Source: Podarcis tiliguerta (lineage: Eukaryota). From it: 64,000 nucleotides of DNA. The stretch lies in assembly GCA_965153285.1 (NCBI GenBank), contig OZ229120.1, one strand, 5' to 3'. Numbering within the stretch: position 1 is the first letter of the stretch; the number at the start of each line of letters is the position of its first letter. Both the position numbers and the translations under genes were made by a program. Below, one piece after another: positions 57,425 through 64,000 of the stretch. Under the pieces are notes generated by a model. The model saw only the letters and a program-made list of their open reading frames with translations. It did not search any database and was not told the origin of the DNA.

Positions 57425-60400
57425 TGTCTGAGAGAGAGGTCCTGACCTGCTGGCTTCCCTTAATGCTTAGTAGCCTTCACCTGGAGTATTTTGGCATGCT
57501 CTGTCTCTGGGGTTTGTCTTTCATGCTCACAAATCAGAGCGCTTCCTTTTAGGATCGGTAGACTCCTACATGTCAATTGTTTCAACTGGAATTGAGCATC
57601 TGAGGGATTCACTGGGTGGGGGGAAGGGCACATGGTTAGGGAGCCTGTTGAATTATTTTGTTCAGCAGTGAGTTCACCAAATTGAAGCACACAAAGCTGC
57701 AAATATTTCTGCCCTTGAACTCTTTCCCCTGTCAGGGGCTGGAGACAGGCTAGTGGGTGGCAGAGCAATAAGTGCCGAGTGCCTTGCGATTCCTTCTTCT
57801 TCCCTCCTGCCTCATCCGAAATAGAAGCCAGCTCTGTGCTGGGGGTTGTGAGTATCCCTGGCTGGGATTCTGCTTTGCGCGAGAGGCAGAAATAGGAAAA
57901 GCTTCTTGTTGCCTCACATAATTGTTGTGTGAAGCCACTTGTGAAGCTGACAAGGTAGAACAAGAGACAGAGAGTCGCTCCTCAGGGAGGAATGTGAGTG
58001 CTGAAATTCACTGTTGTTTGACGTCTTGCTTTGCCATTCTAAGTCCCAGGCTGGGCACTTGGGTCCCGGTTTTGCAGAAGCCCCATTTGCCAGGCCCTGG
58101 AGTTTAACTGGGAGTGAAAAAAGGCAGCCTTCCTCACAGGGCTGCACATTGCTGCCCCTGTTAGAATCCCATGTTAGCGATGACCCACAGTCTTGGAAAG
58201 GGGCGTGAACTTTCACAGCCGGCTGCCTGGAAATGGCAATCTAGCACAGATTCACCAGAGTTCATTTCTTTTATGGAGATTGTTCAGAAACATAAAATCA
58301 ATGACACAGGAGGCTTGTAGGTAGTTTGCTTTTCTTTTTGGGTGTCACCAGGGCAGCTTTTAGTGGGCAGCCTCCATTGTCCAAGACATCACTTACCCAA
58401 GTTCCCTGTGCAAACAACTGGCATGCTTCAAATTTCCTTGCAGAAGAATCAGAAGGGAAAGAGACCTTCTGAGGAGCCTGGCATGGGCCGCTGCTGGCCT
58501 GCAGCTCTCCCAGGGGCGCTGGCGTCACCCTTGGATACAGAAGCTGCCCTGCCTCTTGCCGCTTCATGTCTGCCTGGCTGAAAACCTGCTTTGAATCCTC
58601 GTGCGGAGCAGAGACAAAATACCTCGCCGTGCTGTCAGAAACCAAACTTCATTCTCGCCAACAAGAAACATGTTTCTTAGCATATAGATCAAATAGTGGC
58701 CAATCCACTGTCCCCCTTGGGCATCTGTGCCCCCAGTTTTGTTTTCCCCCAGAAGACTTTCCAAGCACATTTCAAGTGTTTGCACTTTTCACTCAGTTGG
58801 TCAAATGTCTTCTGAATCTCGCCTTTTTCTGGCTGCAGTGTATCTGCTATTCCTTGAACTATGGAGAATGTCACTGGGATTTTCATACCTTGTTCCTAAG
58901 AGTAGGTTTCCGTATCTGTTGACTTTTGCTTCTAGATTGTTTAAAGAGTAGGCTAGTCTACGTAGGCTTACTTTCGCTTACCCTTTCGCTTACTTACCTT
59001 TCTGAAGGAAAATTGTCACCTGCCAATTGTTGAAATGCTTCTAACGTTAACTAAAATTAATGGGTGCCTCAGTTTTGTTCATAGAGCTTATCTTGATGAG
59101 GCATTAATGATAAGCTTTCTTAGCAAGTAGGAGAATGGGAAGGTCTTTCAAGGTGGCTTCTCTCCCTTCCGTAGGAGGAAGCGGTTAGGATGACAGAGCC
59201 TTGTAGCAATCAGCACTGGTTACTCAAGGCTGAGTGACTTGACAAGTTCTATCACTGGCTTTTTGTACCAATCAGTTTGTGTTCTGTTCTTGTCATTCAT
59301 CCCCCAGAAAGCTTTGTTGCTTTCTGCCACATGTGTCCCCTCTGACTGCCATGTAACTAGGATGTCATGGGACCTGTAGCTTGGCTTGGGATGCCTGAGT
59401 CCCTTTACATTCCCAAATGCATTCCTTGGCACAAGAGGCTGTGCCAGTCTGAGCCTCTGCAATGGCTCCCATGAATCTTGTGAGATTGGCAACAAGTGAG
59501 ATGGCTGTAGCAACCTAGGAGTCAGGCCCATTGAGCTGCCCTGATCGGCAGCTGCACTCCAGGATTTCAGGCAGCTGTAGCAACTCCACATCTGTTTATT
59601 TTGCATCCTTCTCTTTGCTTCCCGTTTTCTTCTATAAACATTTTGATCTGAGTCTCTATTCCCTTCTGAGCTTGGTGAGCGACTTGCTAGCGTATGTGCT
59701 TGCTCTGGCTGGAGTTTAGAATATTTCCCCTTTGATAAGCGTTCTCATTTGGCTCTCTACCTTCCGAAACGTGATTCATCCAGCCGCGTAGTGCCTGCTT
59801 CAGCTCTCGCTGAGATTAGCAGCTTGCTTATTGGCAGATCAGGCTTTAGAAAATAAACAGTTTGGGAAGCAAGCGACGAGGACAGAAACTGTCGTCCTGA
59901 AGTGTCATCAAATTGCAATTGCAATCTTTGCTTGCCAGCCTCCAGGGATGATGGAGCCAAGAAAGCAGCATCATCCCGGCACGTTGGCCGGGCCTCGTTT
60001 GAAGCAGGCATAGTCCTCCGTTGGCCATAAAAGGTGCCGTGTAAGAATTCCCAGCAAGTGTCAGAATTGCCGCATGTCGAGAAGGGCTGCCATAGCAACC
60101 TTTCCTTTGGCACTCAGCTGTGAGTTTTCATTCTCCGGCTTCTGCTGTAGCCTTGCAAGCCTAACCCAAAGCAAGGCGGCCAGGTTTGCCTTGCAGGATT
60201 AGGCCCAGGCCCACCCAGCCCACGCTCTCCAAGCCCACGCTCTCCAGGCTTACGAGCCGGGCATGAGAGAGGAGCCCGGAGGCCTCGTTGCTGATCCCTG
60301 GCCTCAGGTTCTCCAGAGCGAGATGGCTACCGGAGGCAGATGGAAAACCTACATTAGCCCATCTTCCATGGCTAATAGCTTTGCCCGTGTCTATCAGACA

Positions 60401-63308
60401 GATTCGTGTCAGCCTTGAGAAAAGCTTCCCCAGCCATTTCCCCACACGGTGTCTTGCGGTGGTGAATTTTGTGTGTGAGTTCTGTGTTGTGCTTCCAATC
60501 AGTTTACTTGGGTGATCCTTCGCGTTAGGAGACAAGGAGTGTCTTGCTGTTTAACTCTTCTTGATCGATGTTTCCAACTTGATTGGCTTTCCCAGGAGCT
60601 ACAATTAGCTATTTCAGCATCTTAATGGCTGCATTATTGCAAGGCAACAGTATCTTTGACTGGATCAGCTTATCTTCAAATGAGTTTTTCTGGGCCCTGA
60701 ATACCAAAGGAGCATCCTTTATCACCTGAAAGCTGGTTAGCAGACTTGCAAGGCTAGCTAGCTATCATCTCACTTGCTCTTTATTTCCCCATTGTTTCAG
60801 TCACCGTAAGAGGCAGATACACATTGTGCAGCCTTCTTGAATGCTATTTTGAGAGTCTACTGGAGGAAGATCTCAGCAGGAGAGAGACTCTTTCCTTGTC
60901 CCACCCTTGACGTGCTGCTGCTATCCATCAGCCCCCCACAGGTGGGGTTGGAGATTGGAGTGCTTTTATAAAATCTCCCCTTCTCTCTCCCTTGTTGCTG
61001 TGGTGGTTGCTCAGCTGTATGCTGCAACCACAAGATCCAGTTTGATTGCTGCTGAGATGAGTTTAGGACCAGAAGAAATCCTAAGGTCAAATCCTGACAC
61101 TGCCCTCCATGTTCCCTCCCTACCCACTGTTGGACTGGCAGAGAGCTGAAAGCTATGAATCCCCTCCTCCACCTGCCAGTTCCCAAACTTTGTTGCTTTG
61201 GCCACGATTCTCCTTCTCCAAGCTTTTGTGTCCTCCAGGAACACAAATATCCCTGGGGTGTCATAGAATTCCAGACTCAAAAAAGAGTAATTGGTTTGTT
61301 GTGATTCCATGATGCCCAGAAGTTTGTGCCCCAGATAGGACCCCCCCCCCAATTTCCCCCATTTTTATTTTTTTATTATTGACAACTTCCCATAGGTTCC
61401 CTGCTGTGATACCATGCTGCCAAGAGGTGGGTTTTTTTTGTAGCTCCCCAAGACCTGCCCCCATGTGCCCTTTTGAAAGATGCCCACAATGTGCTCTGCC
61501 CCTCCCCCTTTGATATGCTACCCCCAGAGGGCCAATTTGGCTCTCGGCCTGCACACAATTTAGCCACCCAGATACAGAGCATGTGATGGCACCCAAAGGG
61601 GCTGCACCTTGTTTTCCCTTGTGCTCCCTGCTAGGTCTCTGCCACCTCCTTTGCAGCAATTCGGGGTTTTGCTTGCCGACTCCCCTGCGGCTCATTAGGA
61701 ACAATGTGGCTGCTGAATGGTGCCCTCTGCCTGTCAGGCCAGCTTTGAATAGCAGGGGCTTGTAGGCTTGTGGGGTGCCCCTCTTGTGGGGTGCCCCACA
61801 GCTAAGGAGTCACCTTTCTCTGCTGACTGCAAAGCATAAACATGAAAAAATAAAATATTTCCTTTCTGGGACTGATCTTAGTGCTTTTAACAACTTAGAA
61901 TGTTTTTATTGCATATTTTCATAAACTGCTTATCCAGCCTGAGCTTCTGGGGATAAGCTTTTTTTTTGCACCCCTTCCCATTATGGTCCTTAACGGTTTC
62001 AGTGGAAGTTGCAAGCCCAGCAAACTTCAAACAAGGTTTCTGGCGATAAATGCCTCTCTTCCTGCCCCCCCCCCACTCCCAAAGCAGTGCATCTCTTCTT
62101 AGGGGATTGTTCCTGTACTTGGGTTGAGGTGTGAAACTTCACCTGGGGTGCAGCCATCTTTTGGTAAAGACCCCTCTTCCTTTTTCCAATGCCTGCATCT
62201 CCAGGCCTGCCCCCTCTGCTCCAATGTGCTTAGTCACTTAGAGATAGTTAGTGTTCTTTGACACTGGAAATGAATGGCTGTTTACTCTGTGGGCTGAAAC
62301 GGTGGGACCGTCATTGATGTGCCCTCAGAAGAAACGAGATTTTGCAGGGCAATGCCGTTCGCCCTCAAGAGAACGCACAAGTAGCAGGCCAATCCTTCAG
62401 ACATGTCCCAAACAGTCTAGCGCCTTTTTCTCTTAAACAAAATTGAAGCTTTTTCCATCAGAAAAAAAGTTGCCTTCTTAATTATTAAGATTTCCGCCCC
62501 AGCCTTCCAGTCCGTAGTCAGAAAAGTAAGCAGAAAAAGTAAGCAGAAAAGACAGCTTTCAGTAGAACTCAGAAAGAGATGGTGCTTCACACAATACGCT
62601 GCTCTGGGATGCTGAATACTGAGCATGGAAAAGCGGGTTTTGTTTCGCTGCTCCAGCAGTTTCTGAATGGAGCTGAGTGTCAGCAGACCCCGCTGTGCTG
62701 AGCCAGGTTGGGGGGCTTGCTGGAAGAGAGAGACCCCTTTTTGAGGAGGGTCCTTGAGCATCTGAAGCTGAGGAATGCAAATCCACATAGGAAATACAGC
62801 CTGCTTTGGGCAGGGATTAAAGTAGCATAGGAGCCGGAATAATGTTGAAGGGGTGCATTTAAATGCTTATTTAAATACTGTCCCCCAAGCTGTGAGCCAC
62901 TGTGTGGAGATGAGGCAGTTCTGTGTACTGCTCGGAACTCTCCCTTGACTTTTCAGTTGCCCCAGAGAGAAACCAGCAATCAGGACCTGGTCTCTTGCAA
63001 CTGGCATTCAGAACCATGTCTATCACCTCCAACTGCAGCGGCAGAGCAGAGCCAGCGTGGCCCATAGCCATCGATCGCTGTCTCCCCCATGAGTTTGTCC
63101 CATCCTCTTTTAAAGCCATCTGAGTTGGTGGCCCTCGCTGCCCCCTGTGGCAGGGAGTTCCACAGTCGTCGTTAATAATAATAATATTTATTTATTTATT
63201 TATTTATACATACATACATACATATATACATACCCCTCCCATCTGGCTGGGTTTCTCCAGCCACTCTGGGCGGCTTCCAACGGAATATTAAAATACAATC
63301 CTCCCCCC

Positions 63309-63621
<313 letters not shown>

Positions 63622-64000
63622 TGGACTTCCTGGCTCTGCTCCGAGCGCCTGTTCCTCTCCTCCTCCTCCTCCTCCAGGACCCTTCAGCACCCACAATTTT
63701 ACCCCTATTTATTTTTAAGGAACAGCTGCAAATGCTAACTCTCACCAGGTTTATGGTAAATCTTTCTTACCGATGCAAAATAATAGTTACAGAAACTGGC
63801 TGAGTTTCTTGCTTACTAGGCCAGTCGCAGTTGGTGTAGAATTATGTAATTGTCCAAGGTTTCAATTCTGTGAAACCTTGCACATTTCTCAGTTGTGAGG
63901 AGGTGGCCCAATAAAAATGTCTTCTGTATTGTATACGTCTCTCCTGCCACTAGTGCTCACTAGAGCAACAGCAAGGAAAGAGGCACCTGTCTTCTTCCTA

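Overview
Vertebrate genomic DNA from a squamate reptile, probably a lacertid lizard (inferred from the Sauria SINE, Squam3-like SINEs, CR1/L2 fragments and hAT/Tc1 MITEs). The whole window lies inside one plus-strand gene, the 5' part of UNC13B (Munc13-2, ubMunc13-2-type N-terminus). Coding exons 2-10 can be read with consistent splice phases: the C2A domain, the linker and the calmodulin-binding exon. Exon 1 and the C1-C2B-MUN-C2C exons lie outside the window. The introns hold four extra exon candidates: a 36-nt UNC13A-like exon, a 126-nt exon rich in RxxS motifs, a giant ~8.9-kb in-frame exon (the 3014-aa ORF) and a 7-nt microexon flanked by UG repeats. At its 3' end the giant exon offers only a weak GC-type donor, 20 nt before an in-frame stop. 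It encodes a cluster of PxDLS-like (CtBP/RIBEYE-binding) motifs and about 25 short amphipathic Ser/Phe/Gly motifs. Together these suggest (inference) a Piccolino-like, MUN-less giant Munc13-2 scaffold isoform. Also present are an antisense UBB-type ubiquitin retrocopy, two hAT MITEs stacked at one 8-bp target, a solo LTR, a Penelope remnant with a decayed hammerhead core, and a 200-N gap. Most short ORFs in the track are intronic noise.
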